Shown here one piece after another: positions 48,887 to 58,179 of a stretch of DNA of 64,000 nucleotides. The stretch is from Xanthobacteraceae bacterium (GTDB lineage: Bacteria > Pseudomonadota > Alphaproteobacteria > Rhizobiales > Xanthobacteraceae). A program made the translations under genes and the position numbers. How positions within the stretch are numbered: the stretch's first letter is position 1; the number at the start of each line of letters is the position of its first letter. The notes beneath the pieces were generated by a model. That model made no database searches. It was given only the letters and a program-made list of their open reading frames with translations, and was not told the origin of the DNA. The stretch is taken from NCBI GenBank assembly GCA_019746135.1, contig JAIESI010000011.1:604-64603 (forward strand), in the 5' to 3' direction.

Positions 48887-49501
48887 ATGCTGACGCTGTA
48901 TTACGGACCGGGCGCGTGCTCGATGGCCTCGCACATCGTGCTGGAGGAGAGCGGCGAGAAATACGAACCCCGGCGCATGGACCTCGCCAAAGGCGAGCAG
49001 CGCACCGAGGCGTACCTGAAGATGAACCCGCAGGGCCGCGTGCCGCTCTTGCAGCTCGACAACGGCGAGCCGCTCGCCGAGAACACCGCGATCCTGCCCT
49101 ATCTCGGCAAGCGCTTCGGGCTGTGGCCGAAGGACGGCACGGCGGAGGCGAAGGCGCTGTCGACGATCGGCTTCTTTGCCGCGAGCGTGCATCCGGCGCA
49201 CGCCCATGTCGGGCGGCCGGAGCGCTACACCGCCGACCAGTCGGCGTTCCCCGGCATCAAGGAGCAGGGGCTGAAAACCTTCCACGGCCACCTGAAGCAG
49301 ATCGACGGCATGTATGCCGGCCGCGAGTGGCTCGGCGACGGCTATTCGGTGCTCGATCCCTACGCGTTCGTTTTCTACACCTGGGGCGTACGCCGCGAGC
49401 TGCCGATGGGCGAGCTCAAGAACTACACCGCGCTCAAGGACCGCATGCTGAAGCGTCCTGCCGTGGGCCGCGTGCTGGAAGACGAAAAGATCAAGGTCTG
49501 A
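48887..49501 (+). CDS. Glutathione S-transferase (beta-class-like)
   Basis: YGPGACSMASHIVLEE, NPQGRVP, EN.AI..YL. Confidence 0.92.
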   Translation: MLTLYYGPGACSMASHIVLEESGEKYEPRRMDLAKGEQRTEAYLKMNPQGRVPLLQLDNGEPLAENTAILPYLGKRFGLWPKDGTAEAKALSTIGFFAASVHPAHAHVGRPERYTADQSAFPGIKEQGLKTFHGHLKQIDGMYAGREWLGDGYSVLDPYAFVFYTWGVRRELPMGELKNYTALKDRMLKRPAVGRVLEDEKIKV

Positions 49502-49524
49502 TCCGCTACCACACGGGTGGTGCG

Positions 49525-49563
49525 CTCCCTTCCCCTGAAAGGGGGAGGGTTGGGGTGGGGGTC
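49525..49563. repeat. CCCT.CCCC/GGGGAGGG REP-like hairpin
   Basis: ctcccttcccctgaaagggggagggttggggtgggggtc. Confidence 0.7.
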
Positions 49564-49578
49564 TGCTTGCGTAGTGGC

Positions 49579-49691
49579 GTAGCCCGGATGGAGCCATAAG
49601 CGCGTTTACCCGCGTCTTCGACGCGCTATGGCGAAATCCTGGACGACTTGCGCTTTGGACCCCGCATTCCTCTGCGCTCCAGGCGGGCTAC
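49579..49691. repeat. GTAGCCCG-type REP doublet carrying the 36-bp element (49595-49630)
   Basis: gtagcccggatggagc[36 bp]gcgaaatcc...gctccaggcgggctac. Confidence 0.85.
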
Positions 49692-49731
49692 GAAGTTCGA
49701 ACAGGACCCGGCGGGAAACGCGGAGCACCCC

Positions 49732-50568
49732 ATGTCCGTCATCGACTGTCATCACCACGTCTGGTGGCTGGACAAGTTTCCGCACCAGTTTCCGCCGTCG
49801 TGGGGCACGACGCTCTACCGCGACTTCACGCCGGACGATTTCAGGCCCGAGCTGAAAGCCTGCGGCATCGACGGCACCATCCTGGTGCAGTCGCTCGACG
49901 ACTACGACGAGACGCTGCACTACCTCGATGTTGCCGAGCAGAACGATTTCATCCGCGCGGTGGTCGGCTGGGTCCCGCTCGCCGATCCAACCGCCTGCGT
50001 GCAGGCGCTCGACGCGCTCAGGCCGCGCCGGAAATTCGTCGGCATGCGCCATCTGATCGTCTACGAGAAGGATCCGCGCTGGCTGCTCCAGCCCACCGTG
50101 CAGGAGTCGCTCGCGGAGTTCGCCCGCCGCGGCTTCGTCTTCGAGGCGATCACCAACACCGAGGAACAGCTCGGCACGGTGCTCGACACCGCGCGGCGGA
50201 TGCCAGACCTCGACATCGTGCTCAATCATCTCGGCCGTCCGCCGTTGCCGGAGCAGGGCTGGGAGCCGTGGGCCGCGCAGATGGTCAAGGCCGCGGCGTT
50301 TCCCAACATCAGCGTCAAGCTGTCGGTCGGCGGCGACGTGGTGTGGCGGTGGAGGTGGTCGACGGATGAAATCCGCCGCTACTCCGACCACGTGATGCAG
50401 CACTTCGGGCCGCAGCGCGTCATGGCCGGCAGCAACTGGCCGGTGGTGCTCCTGAGCGGCAGCTTCGCCGAGGTCTGGCACGGCATCGAGAATCTGCTGA
50501 CCGGCCTGTCCGCAGCCGACCGCGCCGCGGTGCTGGGCGGCACCGCGGAACGCATCTACCGGATCTGA
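49732..50568 (+). CDS. Amidohydrolase_2 family, sugar-lactonase-like
   Basis: IDCHHHVW, GMRH, VLNHLGRP, VKLS, GSNWPV. Confidence 0.88.
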   Translation: MSVIDCHHHVWWLDKFPHQFPPSWGTTLYRDFTPDDFRPELKACGIDGTILVQSLDDYDETLHYLDVAEQNDFIRAVVGWVPLADPTACVQALDALRPRRKFVGMRHLIVYEKDPRWLLQPTVQESLAEFARRGFVFEAITNTEEQLGTVLDTARRMPDLDIVLNHLGRPPLPEQGWEPWAAQMVKAAAFPNISVKLSVGGDVVWRWRWSTDEIRRYSDHVMQHFGPQRVMAGSNWPVVLLSGSFAEVWHGIENLLTGLSAADRAAVLGGTAERIYRI

Positions 50569-50587
50569 TCTGGAGCGGATTTGATGC

Positions 50588-50690
50588 GTAGGGTGGGCAA
50601 AGGCGCGCATGCCGCGACCTCTCCGCGTGGGCGAAATCGTGCGCGCCGTGCCCACGCGGAGAGGTCACGTCTGACGATTTCGCCCACCAC
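50588..50690. repeat. GTAGGGTGGGCA-type REP with nested inverted repeats
   Basis: gacctctccgcgtgggc pairs with gcccacgcggagaggtc; gtgggcgaaatcgt pairs with acgatttcgcccac. Confidence 0.85.
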
Positions 50691-50722
50691 GACTGATCGA
50701 AACCGCGCAGCCCGCGGCCGGC

Positions 50723-50944
50723 TCAGGTCTCGTACTTGAACGACAGCGCGACGCGGGTGCGATAGGCCGAGACCTTTCCGTTCTCCACCGTCATGTCCAT
50801 TTTCGTGACCTCGGCGATCCGCAGATCGCGGATCGAGGTCGCCGCGGTTTCCACCGCGCGCCGTCCGGCATCCTCCCACGACGTCGTGCTGACGCCGATG
50901 ACATCGACGATGCGGTAGACGCCGCCCTTTGCCTTTTTCGCCAT
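50723..50944 (-). CDS. Dodecin-family flavin-binding protein
   Basis: VYRIVDVIGVS..SWEDA, IRDLRIAEV, LSFKYE; GGGAGG RBS. Confidence 0.9.
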   Translation of the reverse strand: MAKKAKGGVYRIVDVIGVSTTSWEDAGRRAVETAATSIRDLRIAEVTKMDMTVENGKVSAYRTRVALSFKYET

Positions 50945-51103
50945 TTCAGCCTCCCATGGGTTTGCAGGCATGCATTGACGAGTGCTAGCGCGCCAATCCT
51001 ACCTGCACCGGGGTGCTGCGCCAAAGCGGGGGGAACGGGCCGATCGCGCCTGTGCGCGTTCCCGCCGTTCCCTTTTTGACCCGGGCCGTCGACCGGATCG
51101 ACC

Positions 51104-52384
51104 TCAGTAGCCGAGCGCCCGTGGCAGTCCGGTCACGAGCGGCGGATAGAACATGAACAAGAACAGAAGCCCGAAGCCGAAGGCCACGAACGGCCAGAGG
51201 TGGCGCATCATCTGGCCCATGGTGATGTTGGCGATGCCGCACACCACGAACAGCACCACGCCCACCGGGGGCGTCAGCATCCCGAGCACGAGGTTGAAGA
51301 CGAACAGGAAGCCGAAATGCAGCGGATCGAGCCCATAGGCGAGCGCGATCGGATGAAACAGCGGCACCAGCATGATGTAGGCGGCGTTTGACTCGAGGAA
51401 CATGCCGACCACGAAGAGCATTGCCGCGACAAGAAGGTTGAAGACGAGCGGGTCGCTTGTCAGATCGCGGATCGCGACGGAGAGGCGCGCAGGCAGAAGA
51501 TCGACGGTCACGAGAAAGGTCACGGCGGAAGCGAATGCGATGAGCGCGCCCACCACCGCGGTGGTGATCGCGGCCTGCAGGAGGCAGGCGGGCAGATCAG
51601 AGACCTTGAGCTTGCGCGTGATGAAGAAACCGACGAGGAGCGCGTACACGACGGCCACTGCCGCGCCTTCCGTCGCGGTGAAGGCGCCGACCACGATCCC
51701 GCCGATGACCACGACCGGCATCAGCAGGATCATCCACGAGCGGCACATCTCGGTGACGATGCGACGGAGACTGATCGTCTCGCCGGTGAGCGGGTAGCCG
51801 CGTCGCTTGGACATGATCGAGATGATCACCATCATGCCGAGCGTGAGAAGGATGCCGGGCACGACGCCGGCGAGAAACAGGCCTGCCACCGAGACCGAGC
51901 TCCCCGCCATGTAGGCGTAGACGATCATCGCGTTGGACGGCGGGATGATCGGACCGAGATTCGCCGCGGCGGCGACGATCGCCGCCGAGAAGCCGACGCC
52001 GTAGACCTTCGAGAGCTGGCGGACGAGCACCGTCGCAAGCGCGCTCGCATCGGCGACCGCCGCGCCCGACACCGCTGCCATGCCGGCGCCGGCGAGCATG
52101 GTGACCTGCGCAAGGCCGCCCGCGACACGGCCGATGAAAACGTTGGCGAGCTCAATCAGGCGCTCGGCCAGGCCGCCTCGTATCATCAACTCCCCGGCGA
52201 GCATGAACAGCGGGATCGCCATGAGGGGGAAGGCATTGACCGAGTGCATCATGCGTTGCGGCAGCATGTTGAAGTCGACGCCGCCGGTGGCAAGGGCAAC
52301 GAGCACGGCGAAGCCCAGGGCAAAGGCGAGCGGCATCCCCAGCAGGGAGACGACAAGGAAGCTTGAGAGAATTGCGATGCTCAT
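51104..52384 (-). CDS. TRAP large permease (DctM family)
   Basis: AIPLFMLAGELM, SGAAVADA, IIPPS, TATE, TPPVG. Confidence 0.93.
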   Translation of the reverse strand: MSIAILSSFLVVSLLGMPLAFALGFAVLVALATGGVDFNMLPQRMMHSVNAFPLMAIPLFMLAGELMIRGGLAERLIELANVFIGRVAGGLAQVTMLAGAGMAAVSGAAVADASALATVLVRQLSKVYGVGFSAAIVAAAANLGPIIPPSNAMIVYAYMAGSSVSVAGLFLAGVVPGILLTLGMMVIISIMSKRRGYPLTGETISLRRIVTEMCRSWMILLMPVVVIGGIVVGAFTATEGAAVAVVYALLVGFFITRKLKVSDLPACLLQAAITTAVVGALIAFASAVTFLVTVDLLPARLSVAIRDLTSDPLVFNLLVAAMLFVVGMFLESNAAYIMLVPLFHPIALAYGLDPLHFGFLFVFNLVLGMLTPPVGVVLFVVCGIANITMGQMMRHLWPFVAFGFGLLFLFMFYPPLVTGLPRALGY

Positions 52385-52911
52385 TCGGTTGCAAGCCCTT
52401 GCCGTTCCGGCCGCCCGGAAAGGACGCCGTTGAGAAGATGCAGGAAAGCGTGCGCCGAGCCGACGGCGAGCGGCAGCATGAACCAGCCGACGCTGAAATC
52501 GAGCGTCGACATCGGCTCATCCCACTGGTCGCGCGTGAGCACGCTGGCCTCGTATGCGACGATGCCCATCAGCAGCATGGCGAGCAGGTTCATCGCGCGA
52601 AACAGCATGTCCTGGGCCCGGTCCGACAGGCGGTCGGTGAGCAGCGCAATGCTCACATGGGCGCCGCGCTTCACCCCGAGCGGGATGGCGAAGAAGATCG
52701 ACCACACGAAGAACAGGCGCGAGATCTCCTCGGCCCAGTCGAGCGAGAGGTTGAGCGCGTAGCGTGTGAAGACCTGCATCGCGACGACCGTCACCATGAT
52801 GCTCATCGAGGCGATGACCACCTTGGCGACGATCCGGTCGAGCGCGCCGAGGCCGCGGCTGAAATTGGTGAGCGGGTGTCCCGGCGGCGCGGCGTGGACC
52901 TGCGCCGTCAT
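52381..52911 (-). CDS. TRAP small permease (DctQ family)
   Basis: QVFTRY..WAEE, GAHV; 4 TM. Confidence 0.9.
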   Translation of the reverse strand: MTAQVHAAPPGHPLTNFSRGLGALDRIVAKVVIASMSIMVTVVAMQVFTRYALNLSLDWAEEISRLFFVWSIFFAIPLGVKRGAHVSIALLTDRLSDRAQDMLFRAMNLLAMLLMGIVAYEASVLTRDQWDEPMSTLDFSVGWFMLPLAVGSAHAFLHLLNGVLSGRPERQGLATE

Positions 52912-53894
52912 TTTTTTTGCCCCTCGGCGATCACGCGATCGACGAGGTCGGCGCCCGCGCGCTTTTTCACGTCATCGACGATGCCGGCCGTGGCCTTGCG
53001 CAGCGCGGATGCGGTCTCGGACGAGACCGGGTCGAACTGCATGCCCTTGGCCTTGAGGTCTTCGAGCGCCGCGCGATCCTCCTCGGTCGCCATCTTGCGC
53101 TGCGCCTCGACCGCCGCCTTGACGGCCTGCCTCACGGCGTCCTTCTGCTCGGGCTTGAGTGCCTCGAATTGCCGCTTGTTTGCGACCAGAACGATGAAGT
53201 CGAAGAAATGGTTGGTGTTCGAGAGGTATTTCTGCACCTCGAAGAAGCGGTTGGTCTGGATGATCGGATAGGGATTTTCCTGTCCGTCCACCACGCCCTG
53301 CTGCAGCGCCGAGTAGAGCTCCTTGACATCCATGGCGATCGGGTTCGCGCCGAGTGCGCGGAAGGTCGCGAGATGCGTCTCGTTGGGCTGCATGCGGATC
53401 TTGAGGCCCTTGAAATCCGCCAGCGCCTTGATCGGCCGCTTGCTGTTGGTGGTCTGGCGTGAGCCGAGCTCCATCCAGCCGAGCGCGGTGAAGCCCTTCG
53501 CGCCGAGCTTTTGCTCGAGCAGATCGCCGACCGGACCGTCCATCACGCGAAAGGCCGCCTCGCGGTTCTCGAACAGAAGCGGGAGGCTCACGGCCTCGAT
53601 CTCGGGCACAAGGCGCGACACGAAAGCCGTGCCGATCCAGGTGCCGAAGATCGTGCCCGCGCGCACCGCGTCGACATTCTCCTTGGCGCCGCCGAGCTGC
53701 ATGCCTGGGAAGAGATCGGCATCGAGCGAGCCGCCGGTCAGCCGTTTCAGCTCGCTTTTGAACAGCTCCATCGCCTTGGAGGAGGAGTGGCTGGGCGCGA
53801 AATTGCCGGCGATGCGAAGGCTTTGCGCCTGTGCCGCGCCGGTCAGCCCGACGGCGATTGCAATTCCGGCGAGCGAGGTCCGTAACGTTTTCAT
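52908..53894 (-). CDS. TRAP solute-binding protein (DctP family)
   Basis: Signal peptide; DFKGLKIRM, LQQGVVDGQENP, FFEVQKY; AGGAGG RBS. Confidence 0.93.
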   Translation of the reverse strand: MKTLRTSLAGIAIAVGLTGAAQAQSLRIAGNFAPSHSSSKAMELFKSELKRLTGGSLDADLFPGMQLGGAKENVDAVRAGTIFGTWIGTAFVSRLVPEIEAVSLPLLFENREAAFRVMDGPVGDLLEQKLGAKGFTALGWMELGSRQTTNSKRPIKALADFKGLKIRMQPNETHLATFRALGANPIAMDVKELYSALQQGVVDGQENPYPIIQTNRFFEVQKYLSNTNHFFDFIVLVANKRQFEALKPEQKDAVRQAVKAAVEAQRKMATEEDRAALEDLKAKGMQFDPVSSETASALRKATAGIVDDVKKRAGADLVDRVIAEGQKK

Positions 53895-54025
53895 GCGATT
53901 CCTCCTGAGGTCTGCAAAGTCTCTGCCAATCGCCCGGTTCGCGTGTCTGCGCCCGGCCGGCACCGGCGTTGCGGTGAAATCATCCTGGAAGCGGCCGCGG
54001 CCGCGCAGCGCGGGATCGAACGCGC

Positions 54026-54808
54026 TCATCGGTGCGAATCCTCGCGGCCTGATCCGTTGTCCTTCGCGCGATGCTCAATCCGGCTTGCGAGCGACTCGGC
54101 CAGGCCTGTGGTGGGTTTTGGATCCGGCCGCCGGAAGGTGCCGGCGGTTGCCTTGCGCGGTTTGAGCGCCACGAGCGTCTCGGCTTGTCTCACCGCGGCC
54201 GCCACCTGATCGACGACCGGAACCGGGATGCGGTCCCTGACCTTCGCGGCAAGGCCCGAAAGCGGCGCTCCCGCCAGGATCACGACGTCGGCCTCATCCT
54301 CCCGCACGGCGCGGTTCGCCAGCTCGACGAGCAGCGCTTCCTTCTCTTCCTGCACCTCGGCGATCTCGCTGAAGGCACCATCCAGCATCCGCACCCCGGC
54401 GCAGCGCTGTTCAAGTCCGTGCATCTCGATGCATTCCCGGTACCAGGGGCCGAGCGCGCGGGCGAAGGTGACGATCGCAAAGCGCCGCCCGAGCATGCAG
54501 GCCGTCAGCATCGCGGCCTCCGCCAGCCCGACAACCGGGATGTCGAAGAGCTCGCGGGCGCCGAACAGTCCGGGGTCGCCGAACGCTGCGATGATCGCCG
54601 CGTCGACTTCGCGATGGCGCTCGGCCAGGATCTCCAGCGCAATCGCCCCACCGATCTGTGCTTCCGCCCGTGTCGCGATATAGGGCACGCCACGCGGCGC
54701 GGTCTGAGGGATGAGTTCGATTCCCGGCGACGCGGCGTCACGGCCGGCCGCAAGCAAAAGGTCCGTGACCGCTTTCGTCGTGTTCGGGTTGAGCAGCAGA
54801 ATCTTCAA
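54026..54808 (-). CDS. Asp/Glu/hydantoin racemase family protein lacking the canonical cysteines
   Basis: LLNPNTT, IAAFGDPGL, PVVGLAEAA, ILAGAPL, IPVPVVD. Confidence 0.88.
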   Translation of the reverse strand: MKILLLNPNTTKAVTDLLLAAGRDAASPGIELIPQTAPRGVPYIATRAEAQIGGAIALEILAERHREVDAAIIAAFGDPGLFGARELFDIPVVGLAEAAMLTACMLGRRFAIVTFARALGPWYRECIEMHGLEQRCAGVRMLDGAFSEIAEVQEEKEALLVELANRAVREDEADVVILAGAPLSGLAAKVRDRIPVPVVDQVAAAVRQAETLVALKPRKATAGTFRRPDPKPTTGLAESLASRIEHRAKDNGSGREDSHR

Positions 54809-54835
54809 GTGACCTTCTCCATGCGGTGCGCCGGC

Positions 54836-55630
54836 TCAGGCGCCCGTGGCGCGACGCGGATCGGAAGCCGGATTCTCCGCCGCTGTGATGTTCGCGTGCA
54901 GCACATCGTTCACCGCCTGCCCGGTGCGCCGCACGTGATGGGCGAGCAGCCGGCCGGCCTTGTCGCTGTCGCGGGCGGCGAGCGTCCGCATGATCGCCTG
55001 ATGTTCCTCCACGGACTCGTCCCAGCGCGCCTGGGAGGAGAGCGCGAAGAACCGCGCTCGCTCGACGCGGGCCATCAGGCCGTCGTGCGTCGATTTGAGT
55101 GCGCCGTTGCGGGCGCAGGCGAGAATGAAGCCGTGGATCTGCTGGTTGAGTTCGAAATACTCCCGCAGTTCGCCGGCGTCGTGATGGCGCTCCATTCGCT
55201 CCTGCAGGTTGGCGAGCTTCTCGTGATCCCGCGCGGTCATGCGGACGGCGGCAAGCTCGGCGCCGATGCGCTCGATCCCGGCGACGGCCTCGAAAAGTTC
55301 GTCGATCTCCTCACGCCGGATCGGCGCGACGATGGCGCTGCGGTTGAGCCGCAACTGCACCAGTCCTTCCGCCGCGAGAAGCTTCAGGGCTTCGCGGAGC
55401 GGTGTCCGCGACACACCGAGCGCCTCGCAGAGATCGGCCTCGACGATCTGCTCGCCGGGCTGGAGGCCGCCCCGGATGATGAGCGCGCGCAGCCGGCTCG
55501 CGACCTCTTCGTGCAGGCCCGAGCGCACCACCCGAAGCCGCGCCTTGCGCACGCCTCGGTTCTTCCGCGCTTGTTGCGTTCCAGCCATTCCAGACCTCGA
55601 CTTTTGCCATCGGGCCGCTGTGCTCTCCAA
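54836..55630 (-). CDS. GntR-family regulator (FCD domain)
   Basis: LGVSRTPLREAL..LAAEGLV, NQQIH, EHQAI; start uncertain. Confidence 0.92.
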   Translation of the reverse strand: MESTAARWQKSRSGMAGTQQARKNRGVRKARLRVVRSGLHEEVASRLRALIIRGGLQPGEQIVEADLCEALGVSRTPLREALKLLAAEGLVQLRLNRSAIVAPIRREEIDELFEAVAGIERIGAELAAVRMTARDHEKLANLQERMERHHDAGELREYFELNQQIHGFILACARNGALKSTHDGLMARVERARFFALSSQARWDESVEEHQAIMRTLAARDSDKAGRLLAHHVRRTGQAVNDVLHANITAAENPASDPRRATGA

Positions 55631-55665
55631 GGAGGCTATCTCCCGGCGCGCCGCGCGCGCAAGGA

Positions 55666-55690
55666 GAAATTGAATTTTGAATGCAATTTC
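55666..55690. promoter_or_regulatory. AT-rich palindrome upstream of gntR, candidate operator
   Basis: GAAATTGAATT-TTG-AATGCAATTTC, arms match 10 of 11. Confidence 0.55.
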
Positions 55691-55769
55691 ATGTAATGAA
55701 TTGATTAATATATGTTTTTATCTTTGAACCTTGAAGCCGGTGCGCGGCCCTGGTGGCCCGCCGCCGCGG

Positions 55770-56153
55770 CTAAATGAGCTTCTCCTCCTTCAGCACGTCC
55801 ATCGCCGCACGGTGGGCTTCGTTCGCCGCCGGGATGCCGCAATAGAGCGCGACCAGCAGCAGGATTTCGCGGATTTCCTCCGGCGTGCAGCCGTTCTTCA
55901 GCGCGCCCTTCAGATGCACGCGCAATTCCGCCGGGCGGTTGGCCGCGGCCATCATCGCGATCATCGCGAGGCTTTTGACGCCGAGCGACAGTCCATCGCG
56001 GCTCCACACGTCGCCATAGGCGTAGGCGTTGATGATGTGCTGCAGTGGCTCGCCGAACGCGCCGAACGCGTTCATGCGCTGCTCGACGGCCTTGTCGCCG
56101 AACAGCTCCTTGCGGAGCTTGAGGCCTTTGTCGGCGAGGTCCTTGGTGTCCAT
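55770..56153 (-). CDS. Carboxymuconolactone decarboxylase family protein
   Basis: YGDVWSR.GL, EL.VHLKGALKNG, YCGIPA. Confidence 0.92.
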   Translation of the reverse strand: MDTKDLADKGLKLRKELFGDKAVEQRMNAFGAFGEPLQHIINAYAYGDVWSRDGLSLGVKSLAMIAMMAAANRPAELRVHLKGALKNGCTPEEIREILLLVALYCGIPAANEAHRAAMDVLKEEKLI

Positions 56154-56443
56154 GGGTTGTCCTTTTGTCGAAGCTGGTTCAGACCAAAAAAATCACGCCC
56201 ATGTAAACCGGCAACGCCCTTCAACGATAGGCGGTGCGCAAACAAGACCTCTGAGCGCCACGTCCGCAGCACACAAACAATCACAAGGCCCGGACTGACG
56301 CGCAACGATCGGCAATGGAGTCGCTCGCCGACGACGCTGAGGACCTTGGGCGGCGCTATGGCGTTTGAGCATCGATTGCCGTCTTCGACTATCCTCTATC
56401 CGTTTCACCTGAGAAACATCATCGTTCAGGCCGCGGTCGAAAA

Positions 56444-56460
56444 TTGCCATTTCGCGCCAA
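56444..56460 (-). promoter_or_regulatory. 17-bp motif TTGGCGCGAAATGGCAA, copy 1
   Basis: Exact reverse complement of 58180-58196; function inferred. Confidence 0.6.
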
Positions 56461-56510
56461 CGGGGAACTGTCTGCGTTCGCTTGCGGACGAACCTACATC
56501 GGGGGCGCGC

Positions 56511-57512
56511 CTACCGTGGTCGCCACTTGTCGCGAAAGTCTCGCGGCGTAACACCGGAAATTCGCCGAAAGGCGCGGGTAAAGTGCGCAGGGTCCGTGTA
56601 GCCGGATGCGAACGCAACGTCGATGATCTTGGCTTGCGTGTCGCGCAGGAGCTTGGCAGCGCTCTCGAACCGTACCGAGTCAACCAAACCCGAATAGGTC
56701 AGGCCGACGCTGGAGAGCTTGCGTTGAAGGCTCCTGACGCTGGTGCCGGCCATCTCCGCGATTTCCGCGACTGTTGGAACGCCCTCATCGAGGTAGGATG
56801 GCAGCATCAATTTGAGCGTTCCGATCATTTCGCTGCCGGACAACTTGGATTCGTCATCGGACAGATCCGGCGGCGTGTTGTTTGCGAGATTTGGCTGGCT
56901 CAGCAGCGAAACGGGCACATCGATCCATGAGGCGTTCTGGCCCGACAGGAATCGGGTATTGGGCCAGAACGACTCGGTTTCGAGACTGGGCAAATAACGA
57001 GCTTCAAAGGCCATGGTCGCCGGAACCCAATCCGGTCCGGCGAACTGTCGAACGATGTGGATCGGGAAAACATTCTGGAGCCATTGTGAGTGTTCAAGAT
57101 GCAGGAGTCCGGCTGTCCCGGCGAGCCTGCTGCAAATTCTCACGTGATCGTCGGTGCGCTCCAGCCACATGTTCAGGTTTGTATCTTCAAGCGGTGCCCA
57201 TCTGCACACTTGTTGCAGCGCGGCAAACAGCGTCGGCGAGTGACCGATGATGGCGACGAGCCTTTCGCTCAGGTGGCAAAATTGCAGCCGCCGAGCTGCT
57301 TGAAATCCGATGTCGGTGATGCCCTGCGATCTCTGTGCAGCTTCCGCAAAACGGATGGCCGGCAAGATTGGCACGTAGTGATCGGCCTTCTCTTCCAAAG
57401 ATGTCGGAAGGCGAAACTTGGCCAGAAGCGCCGCCGTGGAGGCCCCGATCTCGTGATGAATATCGGCGAATGGAATCAGGAATTGGCAACGGGTTAAGGG
57501 TATTCCGGCCAT
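56511..57512 (-). CDS. AraC-family regulator (OruR-like N-terminal domain)
   Basis: SVRSLQRKL, GYTDPAHFTRAFRR..G.TP. Confidence 0.92.
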   Translation of the reverse strand: MAGIPLTRCQFLIPFADIHHEIGASTAALLAKFRLPTSLEEKADHYVPILPAIRFAEAAQRSQGITDIGFQAARRLQFCHLSERLVAIIGHSPTLFAALQQVCRWAPLEDTNLNMWLERTDDHVRICSRLAGTAGLLHLEHSQWLQNVFPIHIVRQFAGPDWVPATMAFEARYLPSLETESFWPNTRFLSGQNASWIDVPVSLLSQPNLANNTPPDLSDDESKLSGSEMIGTLKLMLPSYLDEGVPTVAEIAEMAGTSVRSLQRKLSSVGLTYSGLVDSVRFESAAKLLRDTQAKIIDVAFASGYTDPAHFTRAFRRISGVTPRDFRDKWRPR

Positions 57513-57788
57513 GCTTTCTGGGCCCCCAGCCGCGGAAGTCGACGTCTTGCCAGCCCGCCAGTGCTAGGCGCGGATAGGTTAACAAGTTTTCTGTTTGCTT
57601 TGCCCGTACCTTCGTATGCGGCGGCATCGCAGCAGACATGCTGGGTCAGAATCCGAGCAGGTGGGCACTCCCTTCAATCTGACATTGTGGCGGCTCATGG
57701 CCAGACGCGGCTGACGGCTTCGTTCATAGCTTGCCGGGACGACGACCAATCCAGGTGGCAGAGGATTCCCACCTTTTACGACGTGCCG

Positions 57789-58168
57789 ATGAAGCCGGTC
57801 CGTTTGCCATCCCGATACTCGGTGCGAGCGGCGATCGAGGCGTCGCTGCGTGACGGTGATGCATCTCTTCAGCGCATCGCGCGTCAACTCGGGATAAGCT
57901 CCCGCTCGTTGCAACGTTATCTCGCCGAGACAGGCACCAGCTACAGTGAACTGGTCGCGGAAGTCCGTCTCGATACGGCTTGCCACCTGCTCGTGCAATC
58001 CAACGAGCGCATTCGGACATCGCATTGCGCCTCGGTTACGCGGGAGCCAGCAGCTTCAGCCGCATCTTCATGCGTTTGATGAAAATCCAGCCTGTTGCTT
58101 ATCGGCGGCAACACAGGAACGGCAAGGCGCAGCGCGGCGGGAGCCCGCATGCAGGCGGTCGGCGCTGA
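57789..58168 (+). pseudogene. AraC HTH-only gene with a 1-bp frameshift near 58011-58015
   Basis: Frame 1 gives LGISSRSLQRYL...SNERI; a second frame continues SDIALRLGYAGASSFSRIF. Confidence 0.75.
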
Positions 58169-58179
58169 AGCCGTCGCGA

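Noticed and set aside
33354-49630. 36-bp repeats as a CRISPR array
   Set aside because: Copies are kilobases apart, in both orientations, with no regular spacers and no cas genes
51030-51078. Hairpin plus T-run as an intrinsic terminator
   Set aside because: The T-tract is on the + strand while both flanking genes are on the - strand, and the stem is interrupted
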